From NCBI GenBank assembly GCA_040388985.1, contig JAZKAU010000002.1:420114-484113 (forward strand): a DNA stretch of 64,000 nt. Reading direction: 5' to 3'. Numbering within the stretch: the stretch's first letter is position 1; the number at the start of each line of letters is the position of its first letter. The notes under the pieces were generated by a model. That model was given only the letters and a program-made list of their open reading frames with translations. It was not told where the DNA came from and did no database searches. This document shows positions 51,338-60,305 of the stretch, one piece after another. The DNA comes from Patescibacteria group bacterium (lineage in GTDB: Bacteria > Patescibacteriota > Minisyncoccia > Phycocordibacterales > Phycocordibacteraceae). The translations under genes were made by a program, and so were the position numbers.

Positions 51338-51697
51338 ATGGCACGGCACCCAGCACCACGGAATCGTATGAAGGAATTGGTAACGGCAGTGATACTGTCG
51401 TTCGCCATCGTCTGGCTGGTCTTCCTGGTCGTAAGCATCTTTCGGAAGGAGGAGATAGCGCGTAAGACGGTAGCCGGGACGAAGGTCGAGCTTGCGGCAC
51501 TCGATACGCGTAAGAACGACCTCTCGAAGACCGTAAGCGACATGGATACCGAGCGCGGTCAGGAGGCATCACTGCGCGAGACGTTCGGGGTTGCGCGGCC
51601 GGGCGAGGACGTTATCATCGTAGTGCCGAAGACCGAGACAGCGCCTCCGCCGCAGCTCACGCTTTGGCAGCGGATCAAAGGCTTCTTCGGGCTCTAG
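51338..51697 (+). CDS. Septum formation initiator (FtsB/DivIC-like)
   Basis: TM + coiled coil + E..LRETFGVARPGE.VIIV. Confidence 0.75.
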   Translation: MARHPAPRNRMKELVTAVILSFAIVWLVFLVVSIFRKEEIARKTVAGTKVELAALDTRKNDLSKTVSDMDTERGQEASLRETFGVARPGEDVIIVVPKTETAPPPQLTLWQRIKGFFGL

Positions 51698-51820
51698 AGT
51701 GCGTCTAGAATCTCCATCTGCTGCGTTACGGGTCCCTGCTCGTTTCTCCGCCGTACGCCCTAGTACGTCTACGAAACTCGCTGTCCCGCGCCTTGCATAT
51801 GAAAATTCTAGACGCACTCT
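51696..51820 (+). repeat. Dispersed hairpin repeat family A, copy 7
   Basis: Perfect 16-bp terminal stem AGAGTGCGTCTAGAAT/ATTCTAGACGCACTCT; CATCTGCTGCGTT, CCGTACGCCCTAGTACG, GCGCCTTGCATATG. Confidence 0.9.
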
Positions 51821-51831
51821 TAATTACCGTT

Positions 51832-51902
51832 GCGGGTATAGTTTAGTGGTAAAATGGGACCTTCCCAAGGTTCAGATCGGGGTTCGATTCCCCGTACCCG
51901 CA
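51832..51902 (+). tRNA. tRNA-Gly(CCC)
   Basis: Acceptor GCGGGTA/TACCCGC, anticodon arm GGACC-TTCCCAA-GGTTC, GGTTCGATTCC. Confidence 0.95.
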
Positions 51903-51954
51903 CAAAATAAGGAAAAGGATATGTAAATATCCGATGACTATATTTTGTGACGTA

Positions 51955-52083
51955 GGTACGGGGAATCGAACGGCGGAGCCGGTATACAAGACGAGTCCTC
52001 GAGTGCTTGTCGGCGAGCCGCGGCCAGCGTTCTTAGGAGCGCAGCGAGTTAGAAAAAGCGGGCCGATTCCCCGTACCCGCACA
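51955..52083 (+). repeat. tRNA-linked structured element family B, Gly copy
   Basis: 17-nt antisense of the tRNA-Gly 3' end (51955-51971), core, 20-nt sense copy (52064-52083). Confidence 0.88.
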
Positions 52084-52125
52084 GGTAGGGCTGGGAAAGT
52101 AGATTACTATTCCAGCTATAAGCAA

Positions 52126-52782
52126 TTAATCCGAGAGATATCTCACTACGGAACTGCAATAGTCCTCGAACGAATCTCCGTTTGGAGAGAAGAATCCGTA
52201 TCCGTGTTCTTTAGCGATGCGCTCGACTCTCTTATTCTTTATGACCTCGTCCGCAAACCATTTTCGAACGGCAGAGTCGTCACCGCCGTCTTCCTCAACT
52301 ATCTTCTTGTAGACCCAGTCTTTCTTCGCATGCGCATATCCAAGGATCGTATTCAAATATGAATCATCCGTAAAGCCTACAAAGACAGCCTTTAATACTA
52401 GATGCTTGAGCGACAAGCTGTTTACGAGTTCGGGCGTTATGGCCATCCCTTCAATAGCTAAAGATGCAGTTCCCGCCTTTCGATCGTAATAATTGATTAA
52501 TCCTACGATTGTCTTCCAGGTCAGGTCCTCTTGCGTTATTTCCTGCCGAAAATGTTTCGTGTGAGATTCGTCCTTACTTTCTCCCGAACGATGGAACGAC
52601 ACATCGCCTTCGAAAGATAGGTGATTAACGTTTATGAAAGATTCGTCTGTGAGCGTGTATCTCGCAGCCTCTCGCAAAGCATCCGAGGAAATAGCGGTCA
52701 TGGGGTTTTGCCGTATCAGTTCATTGAAAATAATAGTCTTTCCTGAGCGAGGAGACCCGCCGATGAGGTATAGAGTAGTCAT
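52126..52782 (-). CDS. P-loop NTPase/kinase-like protein
   Basis: LYLIGGSPRSGKT Walker A, AIEG Walker B-like segment. Confidence 0.75.
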   Translation of the reverse strand: MTTLYLIGGSPRSGKTIIFNELIRQNPMTAISSDALREAARYTLTDESFINVNHLSFEGDVSFHRSGESKDESHTKHFRQEITQEDLTWKTIVGLINYYDRKAGTASLAIEGMAITPELVNSLSLKHLVLKAVFVGFTDDSYLNTILGYAHAKKDWVYKKIVEEDGGDDSAVRKWFADEVIKNKRVERIAKEHGYGFFSPNGDSFEDYCSSVVRYLSD

Positions 52783-52849
52783 GTCAATTTAGTATACGAC
52801 AGTATTTCCTGCCACTGAGGCGTCCTGATTCCAGGGTATACTTCTCATA

Positions 52850-53410
52850 ATGGAACATCGCGAAGTCGAGGTGCGCTTCCTTGAGATAGATAAAGAGCAG
52901 CTAATCGCAAAGCTGCGAGATCTGGGCGCCAAAGATTTGGGTGAGGATATGCTAGAAGAGGTGATTCTCTACGACAAGCCAATGACTTGGCAGGAGAAGG
53001 GTGGGAAAGTGCTCCGTCTGCGCACACGGCAAGGGAAGACGGTGTTGACCTATAAGCATCATGAGAAAGCATCAGTAGGAGGGACTGAGGAGATAGAATT
53101 CGAGGTCAGTGATCCTCACAAAGCCGAAGTTTTGTTAGACCGGCTCGGATATGAAGTATATAGACATCAACAGAAGAAACGACACACATTCGAGCTGGGA
53201 AGCGTAGTCGTCGATATTGATACCTGGCCCAAGATACCTACCTACGTGGAACTCGAAGGCGTCGATGAAGAGTCACTGAAAGCGACAGCTATGGCTCTCG
53301 ATCTTGACTGGAAAGACGTCGAATTGCGAAACCCACGGCTGGTGTTGGAAGAGAAGTACGGAATCCCGATCGCGACCATGCGCTGGTTTACGTTTGATGG
53401 GTTCGAGTAG
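52850..53410 (+). CDS. CYTH domain protein (class IV adenylate cyclase-like)
   Basis: EVEVRF, LRLR...LTYK, EEIEF, YVELEG. Confidence 0.88.
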   Translation: MEHREVEVRFLEIDKEQLIAKLRDLGAKDLGEDMLEEVILYDKPMTWQEKGGKVLRLRTRQGKTVLTYKHHEKASVGGTEEIEFEVSDPHKAEVLLDRLGYEVYRHQQKKRHTFELGSVVVDIDTWPKIPTYVELEGVDEESLKATAMALDLDWKDVELRNPRLVLEEKYGIPIATMRWFTFDGFE

Positions 53411-53480
53411 GGTAGGACATTCGCCGTACCTGTTGATAACTGAAAATGGTATACTGAGAACATAGTAAGAACCTATCTAT

Positions 53481-53723
53481 ATGGATACGAACATCACCAT
53501 CTACAGCACCCCTACCTGCCACTTCTGCCACATGGCTAAGGATTTCCTGACCGAACACAAGGTCCCGTTCACTGACTACGACGTGCAGTCGAACCTCGAG
53601 AAGCGCCAGGAGATGATCGAGAAGAGTGGCCAGATGGGCGTACCTGTCATCTTCGTGGGCGACGAGATGATCATCGGCTTCGATAAGGAGAAGCTCTCCA
53701 CTCTTGCGGGCATAACGGCATAA
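53481..53723 (+). CDS. Glutaredoxin/NrdH-like protein
   Basis: YSTPTCHFC, SGQMGVPVI, IIGFD. Confidence 0.92.
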   Translation: MDTNITIYSTPTCHFCHMAKDFLTEHKVPFTDYDVQSNLEKRQEMIEKSGQMGVPVIFVGDEMIIGFDKEKLSTLAGITA

Positions 53724-53731
53724 GGGCACGC

Positions 53732-53770
53732 AACATGAAACCGCCCTCCATCGGAGGGCGGTTTCATGTT
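53732..53770 (+). terminator. Hairpin/terminator after glutaredoxin
   Basis: AACATGAAACCGCCCTCC-ATC-GGAGGGCGGTTTCATGTT, 18-bp arms. Confidence 0.65.
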
Positions 53771-53900
53771 AGTCTCCAAATGCAGGTACACGTGTAGTGC
53801 CTCGCTTGCCCTTGTAAGCAGTTCTCCATGAGTCGACTGCTTGCTCGGACTTCGCTCGGCGTGATAGTAACATGAATACTTGTTCCTCTCAGCCTCGCTC

Positions 53901-53972
53901 GCCCTTGTAGTTCAATGGATAGAACGGAAGTTTCCTAAATTTCTGATCCAGGTCCGATTCCTGGCAAGGGCA
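53901..53972 (+). tRNA. tRNA-Arg(CCT)
   Basis: Acceptor GCCCTTG/CAAGGGC, anticodon loop TTCCTAA, T-arm CCAGG-TCCGATT-CCTGG. Confidence 0.88.
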
Positions 53973-54029
53973 CAATCCTGAAGTTCCAATATGGCTGTAA
54001 GCATAGCTATAACGAGGTATAATGTAGAT

Positions 54030-54770
54030 ATGCAAAAGAAAGAACTTGTCATCCCGCTCGTAGCGATAGTGCTTATTGTCCTTATAGCTGTTCTGCTGGT
54101 CTGGCACAGCGCAGGTCCGGAGAACGGATCGCCTGTCTTAGGAACTTCAGCAACGACATCCATTGCTTTGCCCGCGACATCTACGATCACGCAGAGCACG
54201 ACGATCGTATCTACGTCTGAGACCTATTATCCCTATGGTTCCGTCACGCTTAGCTTGAACGAGCCAGCGGGTTTCAAGGACGGTTTCTCCATTCGCCCTA
54301 CAGCGATACTTGAAGACAGCCGATGCCCGGAGGATGTCGAGTGCATTCAAGCGGGAACCGTGCGAATCTCGCTCAAGGCAAGTTCACCAAAGGACTCGAG
54401 TACGGTACAAGTCAGTCTCGGCAAGAGTATCACGGTAGGCAGCGAGACGATTACCTTCGAATCCGTAGTGCCTGCGCGCGCCGAAGGCGTGCGCATCGCT
54501 GACAGCGCATATCGCTTCACGCTGCGTGTTGAGAAGACTGCAGTAAGTTCCGGTCCGCCTCCCGTGGTTACCACTAAGCCCTGCTACATCGGCGGCTGTT
54601 CCTCCGAGCTCTGCACTGACGCGCCGGGCGGCGTCTCGAGCTGCATCTACCGCTCGGAGTATGCCTGTTATCGAGGAGCGACATGCGCGCGCCAATCTGA
54701 CGGGAAATGCGGATGGACGCCAACGCCTGAACTTAAGTCGTGCTTAGCCAATCCTCCGGCTCTTCAGTAG
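54030..54770 (+). CDS. Membrane-anchored Cys-rich surface protein (eight-cysteine-cluster-like C-terminus)
   Basis: TM; EDSRCPEDVECIQAG; CYIGGCSSELC...CIY..EYACY...C.RQ.DGKCGW. Confidence 0.75.
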   Translation: MQKKELVIPLVAIVLIVLIAVLLVWHSAGPENGSPVLGTSATTSIALPATSTITQSTTIVSTSETYYPYGSVTLSLNEPAGFKDGFSIRPTAILEDSRCPEDVECIQAGTVRISLKASSPKDSSTVQVSLGKSITVGSETITFESVVPARAEGVRIADSAYRFTLRVEKTAVSSGPPPVVTTKPCYIGGCSSELCTDAPGGVSSCIYRSEYACYRGATCARQSDGKCGWTPTPELKSCLANPPALQ

Positions 54771-54789
54771 CATATCGTTGCCTCCTGCC

Positions 54790-55092
54790 ATGACTGACGA
54801 AGCATCTATCTCGCGCATCGAGCAGCTCCTTGAAGAGACGAAGGAGCTTGCCGAAGAGAATAATCGCTTGCTGCGGGACATACGGCGCACGAATCGCATC
54901 TCTTTCTGGTCCAAGGTCATACTCTGGACAGTAGTCCTTATCCTTCCGTTCATCTTCCTCGGCCCATTGCTTCGCGCCCTCGTGCCAGCTACAGGCACCG
55001 GAGTCGGTGGCGGGACCCTTTTCGGTCTTCCATCTCCGACTGAATTCCAGAAGATAATTGATACCTATCGGGCCGGTAATACGAGCCAATAA
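54790..55092 (+). CDS. Hypothetical membrane protein
   Basis: LLEETKELAEENNRLL coiled coil followed by a TM. Confidence 0.7.
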   Translation: MTDEASISRIEQLLEETKELAEENNRLLRDIRRTNRISFWSKVILWTVVLILPFIFLGPLLRALVPATGTGVGGGTLFGLPSPTEFQKIIDTYRAGNTSQ

Positions 55093-55172
55093 TAAGGGCT
55101 TTTACATGGGCTGAAAGAATTTCCGACCCATGGTAGGATAGCCTTACTACTCGGTGCTAGAGTGGACATATC

Positions 55173-55245
55173 GCTTGGATAGCTCAGTTGGTAGAGCGCG
55201 CCCCTGAAGAGGGTGAGGTCGCCGGTTCGACCCCGGCTCCAAGCA
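55173..55245 (+). tRNA. tRNA-Phe(GAA)
   Basis: Acceptor GCTTGGA/TCCAAGC, AGCTCAGTTGGTAGAGC D-arm, CGCCC-CTGAAGA-GGGTG. Confidence 0.95.
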
Positions 55246-55386
55246 CAAAACAGAGTCTTGGGATTGAGAAGAGGCTGCGGGGCAGCCTCTGTCCGGGCGT
55301 AGATTTCGTTACCAGTTCTTATGGGTCAGGAAATCAAGTGTAGAGCTTCGAAGGCCAAGGTATTGTTGTCAGGTTATAGTAAATCT

Positions 55387-56466
55387 ATGTGGAAATCTCA
55401 CCTCGAAACTATATTAGCGTGGCTGAAACGCTACGAGCGGCCGTTGGCCACAGCATTGTTCGTCTTCGGTTTCATTGGAGACGTTCTCACCTTCGGTCTG
55501 CTTGATCTATCAAGCGTGACTATCCTGTTTGCGGCCTATATCGCCATCGTTATCATCACGACGGTCGTCGCCCATGCGACCTTTGATCGACAGGATCGAC
55601 CTTTTATCCGCATCATAGGCGCCCTCGCGCCGCTTGCGGCGCAGTTCGTCTTCGGAAGCCTCCTGTCCGGATTCCTCATCTTCTTTACGAAAAGCGCCGT
55701 GCTTTCGATATCCTGGCCTTTCATCATCGTGCTTCTGATACTCTTCTTCGGGAATGAAGTCTTCCGCCAGTACCGCGACAGCCTCATCTTCCAGGTATTC
55801 CTCGTTTATTTCTCTATATATGCTTTCGCGCTCTTCGCGCTCCCGATTGCTATAGGGAAGCTCACTGAAGTTACGTTCTTTGAGAGTACGATCGCTGCGC
55901 TTATCGCCTTCGCGCTTTATATCGGCCTGCTCGCTGCTACCGGCTGGGCCCGTTTCAAACAATATCTTGTTCCAATCATCGTTAGCAGTGCGCTTATAAC
56001 CGCGATCATCGTCGGCTCGTACTTTGCCGGCCTTCTGCCACCCATACCGCTTACCCTCAAGCAGGGAGGCATATACCACGACATAACGCGCACAGCTGGC
56101 GCGTACGTGGTGCAAGGCGAATCTGTGCGAGCCTGGTGGGATCCGCGCGAACAGGTAGTCCACCACGCTCCCGGCACGCCGCTCTATGCCTATAGCGCCA
56201 TATCAGCGCCCCAAGCCTTCTCAGCCGGTATCATGCACGTCTGGCAGTACCAGGATCATGGAAAGTGGAGTACCCGCTCGACCGTAGCATTCGTCGTCTC
56301 AGGCGGCCGCAAAGAAGGCTACCGAGGCTACTCCATCGTTGATAATCCTGCTGCCGGCAATTGGCGTGTCCTCGTCCAGACTATCGACGGTCAGACTATC
56401 GGTAAGTTCTCATTTGTTGTTCAGAACGTCTCCCAAGAACCAGTATTAACTACCCAAAATCTCTAG
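55387..56466 (+). CDS. DUF2914 domain membrane protein
   Basis: Several TMs, then H.W...GGRKEGYRGYS.......G.WRV.V.T.DGQ.IG. Confidence 0.8.
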   Translation: MWKSHLETILAWLKRYERPLATALFVFGFIGDVLTFGLLDLSSVTILFAAYIAIVIITTVVAHATFDRQDRPFIRIIGALAPLAAQFVFGSLLSGFLIFFTKSAVLSISWPFIIVLLILFFGNEVFRQYRDSLIFQVFLVYFSIYAFALFALPIAIGKLTEVTFFESTIAALIAFALYIGLLAATGWARFKQYLVPIIVSSALITAIIVGSYFAGLLPPIPLTLKQGGIYHDITRTAGAYVVQGESVRAWWDPREQVVHHAPGTPLYAYSAISAPQAFSAGIMHVWQYQDHGKWSTRSTVAFVVSGGRKEGYRGYSIVDNPAAGNWRVLVQTIDGQTIGKFSFVVQNVSQEPVLTTQNL

Positions 56467-56491
56467 CTCCCTCCACTTGAGTGGCACGCAG

Positions 56492-56615
56492 AGAGGTTTC
56501 TGAAAAACTCGATATGCAAGGCGCTGAGGAGTGAAAGGCAGAGTCGTACTTAGGCGTACGGTGAGGTCTTGAGCGACGAGAGCAACGCAGCAGATCGGGG
56601 AATTTCAGGAAGCTC
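56492..56615 (-). repeat. Dispersed hairpin repeat family A, copy 8 (reverse)
   Basis: Close inverted match to 60181-60305 and direct match to the core of 29841-29963. Confidence 0.92.
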
Positions 56616-56617
56616 CG

Positions 56618-57115
56618 TTAGCCGGCCTTTACGCGCAGCTTAGTCTGCTTAGCCTTATCAAGCTTCGGAAGGACGAGGGTCAGGAGACCGTCCTTGGCGG
56701 TCGCGCTCGAGGCGTCGACATCGACTTCCTGCGGAAGCAGGATGGTGCGCGAGAAGGAGCCCCAGAAGAGTTCGCGTATGAAATACTCTGAGTCCGAGAC
56801 GCTGTCGCGCTCGGCGCGTGCGCCGTCTATGACGACCATGTCGCGGCTTATGGAGAGGTTAATCTCATCCGGCCGTACGCCTGCGATGAACGTACGGATG
56901 ACTATTTCGCCGGCAGTCTGATAGACGTCAACCGGAAGTTGCCCCTCGCTCGGCTCTTCTTCTGCCTCAGCGAATGCTGCGTGCGTTTGCGTGCTGCTTA
57001 CCTGCACCTGGGGAGATACGCGGCGGGCAGGTGTGACGTCGTCCTCGAAGGCGTCGTAGTCGTCAGTGACCGGGACGGAGCCGGAGAGTCGTTCGAAGAA
57101 AGAGCGCTTTTTCAT
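56618..57115 (-). CDS. Hsp20/alpha-crystallin small heat shock protein
   Basis: LPVDVYQT, ELFWGSFSRTILLP, KDGLLTLVLPK. Confidence 0.92.
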   Translation of the reverse strand: MKKRSFFERLSGSVPVTDDYDAFEDDVTPARRVSPQVQVSSTQTHAAFAEAEEEPSEGQLPVDVYQTAGEIVIRTFIAGVRPDEINLSISRDMVVIDGARAERDSVSDSEYFIRELFWGSFSRTILLPQEVDVDASSATAKDGLLTLVLPKLDKAKQTKLRVKAG

Positions 57116-57133
57116 AGGGTAAGGATAAGTTCG

Positions 57134-57883
57134 TTAGGCCGTGGGTTGGACTTCGGCGCGATACTGGAAATACTTTAATAGTTCGAAGAGTGCAAAGAAG
57201 ATGGCGGCTCCGCCCCAGACGAAGAGGAAGGCAGTCAGGATGCTGTGCGAGTCGTCTCGAGGAATTATAAGGAAATTAAAGGTGGTGTGCAATCCGATGG
57301 CGAGGATAAGTCCGCCGCTTGCGACGAGCGCGCGCCATCTCCGTCGCATGCGGAAGGAGAAGGCGAGTGAGAATCCGATGGCACTCGAAGCGATGACGTG
57401 CAGCAGCGTCGAACCGACGAAGCGCAGGTTGTCGGTGGCGAGCGCTGCGAGGAAATCATGGGTCGCGAACGGTTCGACGAGGAAGAGCATGTTCTCAAGC
57501 GCCGCAAAGCCGAGCGCGACCGTGAGCATGTAAATGACGAGATCGATGGACTCGTCGACGTCGCGCCGCCAGAGTACGAAGAGCGCGGCAAGGCCGTACT
57601 TGAGCGTCTCTTCGACGACGGCCCAGCCGGTGATGATAGGAAGGCAGAGCGTCGAGTACGCAGAGCAGCCGAGCGAGGCGTACGCATAGTCCCTGAAATA
57701 GGACTCAAGCGGCACCGCAAGAGGCACCGCCGCCATACCGGCCACGAAGGCGATAAGGAGCACCGTACGCGGCTCAGGATGCTTGTAGTCTTCCTTGAGG
57801 AGGAAATAGAGCCACATGAGCGCCGGGAGCATCCCGCCTATGAAGGCGTAGCCGACGGTCTGCATGGAAATGGAATCGAGCAT
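57134..57883 (-). CDS. PrsW-family intramembrane protease
   Basis: HPEP, VEETLK, LGFAALEN, H residues in later TMs. Confidence 0.9.
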   Translation of the reverse strand: MLDSISMQTVGYAFIGGMLPALMWLYFLLKEDYKHPEPRTVLLIAFVAGMAAVPLAVPLESYFRDYAYASLGCSAYSTLCLPIITGWAVVEETLKYGLAALFVLWRRDVDESIDLVIYMLTVALGFAALENMLFLVEPFATHDFLAALATDNLRFVGSTLLHVIASSAIGFSLAFSFRMRRRWRALVASGGLILAIGLHTTFNFLIIPRDDSHSILTAFLFVWGGAAIFFALFELLKYFQYRAEVQPTA

Positions 57884-57885
57884 GG

Positions 57886-60003
57886 CTACGGTGCTTTAGC
57901 GGTCTGTCCGGGCCACGGAGCTATCATGAGTAGCCCTTCGGTCTCCGGAAGACTCTGCCAGATCTCTTCGGTGACAAACGGCATGAACGGATGCAGGACG
58001 GCAAGCACGTCGCGCAACAGGGAACGCAAGAGCGCCTTGCGTGATGCTATCGCTGCGCTATCGTTCCCGGTGAATATCGGTTTTGATTCCTCGAGGAGCT
58101 CGTCGGCGAGGCGGTGCCAGGCGTAGTGATATATCTTCTCGGCGGCGAGGTAGATGCGATAGGCTTCCATATCGGAGGTAATGTCAGTGATAAGCGCATC
58201 AAGCTCAGTACGAAGCTCCTGGTCAGAAGGCGTAAGTTCAGCCATCTGATCAGCGCCGCTCGTATTCTCAAGTACGAAACGCGTGATGTTCCAGACCTTA
58301 TTCGCGAAGTTCTTGTATCCCTTTATCTTATCCTCGCGAAGCGCAAGATCGGTACCGGGCGTATTGCCAACGATGAGTCCTATACGTAGTGCATCAGTAC
58401 CGAATTTCTCCGTAAGCTCAAGGGGGTTGATGACGTTGCCTTTAGACTTAGACATCTTCTTATTATTCGCATCATTCACGAGGCCGTGCAGATAAACCGT
58501 GTGGAAAGGCGCCTTACCGCTCAGGTACAGGCCGAAACAGATCATGCGCGCAACCCAGAAGAAGATAATGTCGCGACCGGTCTCCATGACATCGGTCGGG
58601 TAGTGGGTAGCAAAGTCTTTTCCGTCGGGGTACCCGGTCGTCACGAGCGGCCATTGGCCGGAGGAGAACCACGTGTCGAACGTATCGGCGTCCTGGACCC
58701 ATCCTTCGCCCGGAGATTCAAGGCTCGCTATAGCATCGCCGTCCTTGAACCAGGCCGGTATCGGAATGCCCCAGATGATCTGTCGAGAGATATTCCAGTC
58801 GAGCGTATTCTCCATCCAGTGTCGGAATATCTTCTCCTCATGATCGGGAATGAAGCGCACGTTGCCTGCGTTCACCGCTTCGATAGCTTTCTTGGCAAGC
58901 GGCGCCATCTTCACGAACCACTGATCTTTCACTTGCGGCTCTATCATGGTCGAGCACTTATAGCAGCGCTTCACGACGTTCTGATATTTTTCATCGGTCG
59001 ATACGAGAAGTCCCTTGTTCGCGAGTTTCTCAAGTATCTTCCCGCGCGCTTCAGTTATCTTCATGCCTTCGAATTCGCCGGCAATGGGGAGAAGCTTCCC
59101 GCGCCAGTCGATGATCTGCTCCATATCAAGCCCGTGACGCTTGGCGATCTCGAAGTCCACCTGACTGTGCCAAGGCGTGATAGTCATGACACCCGTCCCG
59201 AATTCCATCTCTACGGCAGAGTCCTTGATGACGGTCGCGGTTATCGGACCATTTATCCACTCCAGCTCGAATGTGTCGCCATGCGCGTACTTCGCGTAAC
59301 GCTCATCTTCCGGATGCATGACCACGTATTTGTCGCCGAATTTTGTTTCCGGACGCACGGTACCTATCTCAAAAGGACCGTATTTCATCGTATAGAAAGG
59401 AGTGTTCTCTTCTACGCTCTCAGTCTCGATATCGGACAGGGAGGTCTGATGCTTCGGGCACCAGTTCACGGTACGCTTGCCGCGATAGACTAGGCCGTCA
59501 GCAAACATCTTTATGAATGTCTGCTGCACACGCTCGACCACATCCGGGTCAAGGGTGAATTTCTCGCGCGACCAATCGCAGGAGGCGCCGAGCGCTTTGA
59601 CCTGGCTTTCCATATTCGACTTGTTAGCGAGCGTGAAGGCGAGTATCTCCGCATAGAGCTCTTTCGGGTCCATGCCGAAGCGCGAACGTCCTTCCTTCTC
59701 AAGCTGCTTCTCATACACCACCTGGGTCTCGAAGCCTGCGTGGTCGGCGCCCGGTATCCAGAGCGCCCGGTATCCGCGCATGCGCTTGTAGCGTGTCATG
59801 AGGTCCTGAAGCGCCACGAAGAGCGCGTGGCCGGCGTGCAGGTTGCCGTTGGCGTTGGGCGGCGGCATCACGATGGTGAACGGCTCGCGAGACTCGGCAT
59901 CCGGCAGATTGTCGGGGTTAAAATACCCGCTTTCTTCCCACGCCGTATATATGCGCTGCTCGGTGTCGGCGGGATTGTAGGGTTTTAAAAATTTCTCATC
60001 CAT
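57886..60003 (-). CDS. valS: Valine-tRNA ligase (lacks the C-terminal coiled-coil domain)
   Basis: PPPNANG.LHAGH, DHAG, W.ISRQI.WG..IP, DTWFSS, KMSKS. Confidence 0.95.
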   Translation of the reverse strand: MDEKFLKPYNPADTEQRIYTAWEESGYFNPDNLPDAESREPFTIVMPPPNANGNLHAGHALFVALQDLMTRYKRMRGYRALWIPGADHAGFETQVVYEKQLEKEGRSRFGMDPKELYAEILAFTLANKSNMESQVKALGASCDWSREKFTLDPDVVERVQQTFIKMFADGLVYRGKRTVNWCPKHQTSLSDIETESVEENTPFYTMKYGPFEIGTVRPETKFGDKYVVMHPEDERYAKYAHGDTFELEWINGPITATVIKDSAVEMEFGTGVMTITPWHSQVDFEIAKRHGLDMEQIIDWRGKLLPIAGEFEGMKITEARGKILEKLANKGLLVSTDEKYQNVVKRCYKCSTMIEPQVKDQWFVKMAPLAKKAIEAVNAGNVRFIPDHEEKIFRHWMENTLDWNISRQIIWGIPIPAWFKDGDAIASLESPGEGWVQDADTFDTWFSSGQWPLVTTGYPDGKDFATHYPTDVMETGRDIIFFWVARMICFGLYLSGKAPFHTVYLHGLVNDANNKKMSKSKGNVINPLELTEKFGTDALRIGLIVGNTPGTDLALREDKIKGYKNFANKVWNITRFVLENTSGADQMAELTPSDQELRTELDALITDITSDMEAYRIYLAAEKIYHYAWHRLADELLEESKPIFTGNDSAAIASRKALLRSLLRDVLAVLHPFMPFVTEEIWQSLPETEGLLMIAPWPGQTAKAP

Positions 60004-60004
60004 A

Positions 60005-60133
60005 GTGAAGCGTCCTAAAACGTCCATCTGCTTTGTTATGGGTCCCGCTTCGCATCTGCGTCGTACGCCCAAGTACGCCTACAAAGCTTAGCTTCCCATG
60101 CCTCGCATCTGGAGCCTTTTAGACTCGCTTCAT
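60005..60133 (+). repeat. Dispersed hairpin repeat family A, copy 9
   Basis: GTGAAGCG..CTAAAA/TTTTAG..CGCTTCAT stem; CATCTGCTTTGTT, CGTACGCCCAAGTACG, GCCTCGCATCTG. Confidence 0.88.
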
Positions 60134-60180
60134 CAAATATAGCAAATATAAGCTTAATTTTCCGCCCCGACCTGTTAGTT

Positions 60181-60305
60181 AGAGCTTCCTGAAATTTCCC
60201 GATCTGCCGCGTTGTCGCTATCGCTCAAGTCCTCATCGTACGCTCAAGTACGACTCGGCCTTTCGCTCTGCTACGCCTTGCATATCGGGTTTTTCAGAAA
60301 CCTCT
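60181..60305 (+). repeat. Dispersed hairpin repeat family A, copy 10
   Basis: AGAGCTTCCTGAAA/TTTCAGAAACCTCT; GATCTGCCGCGTTG, CGTACGCTCAAGTACG, CGCCTTGCATATC; contains the tsaD stop codon. Confidence 0.92.

Noticed and set aside
51885-52083. tRNA-Gly 3' duplication as attL/attR of a prophage or island
   Set aside because: Only about 160 bp lie between the copies, there is no integrase, and the inverted copy plus the core shared with tRNA-Val point to a different element
51699-52362. ORF-track ORFs spanning repeats and RNA genes (51699-51926, 51934-52362, 43754-44194, 62398-62649)
   Set aside because: They overlap tRNA, RNase P or structured repeats and have no protein-like features
55246-55320. 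Family B element after tRNA-Phe
   Set aside because: Only a short hairpin (AGAGGCTGC/GCAGCCTCT); no convincing antisense copy of the T-arm and no core motif
60004-60293. T-box riboswitch upstream of valS
   Set aside because: No T-box antiterminator consensus (TGGNACCGCG) on the minus strand; the region is explained by two family A copies
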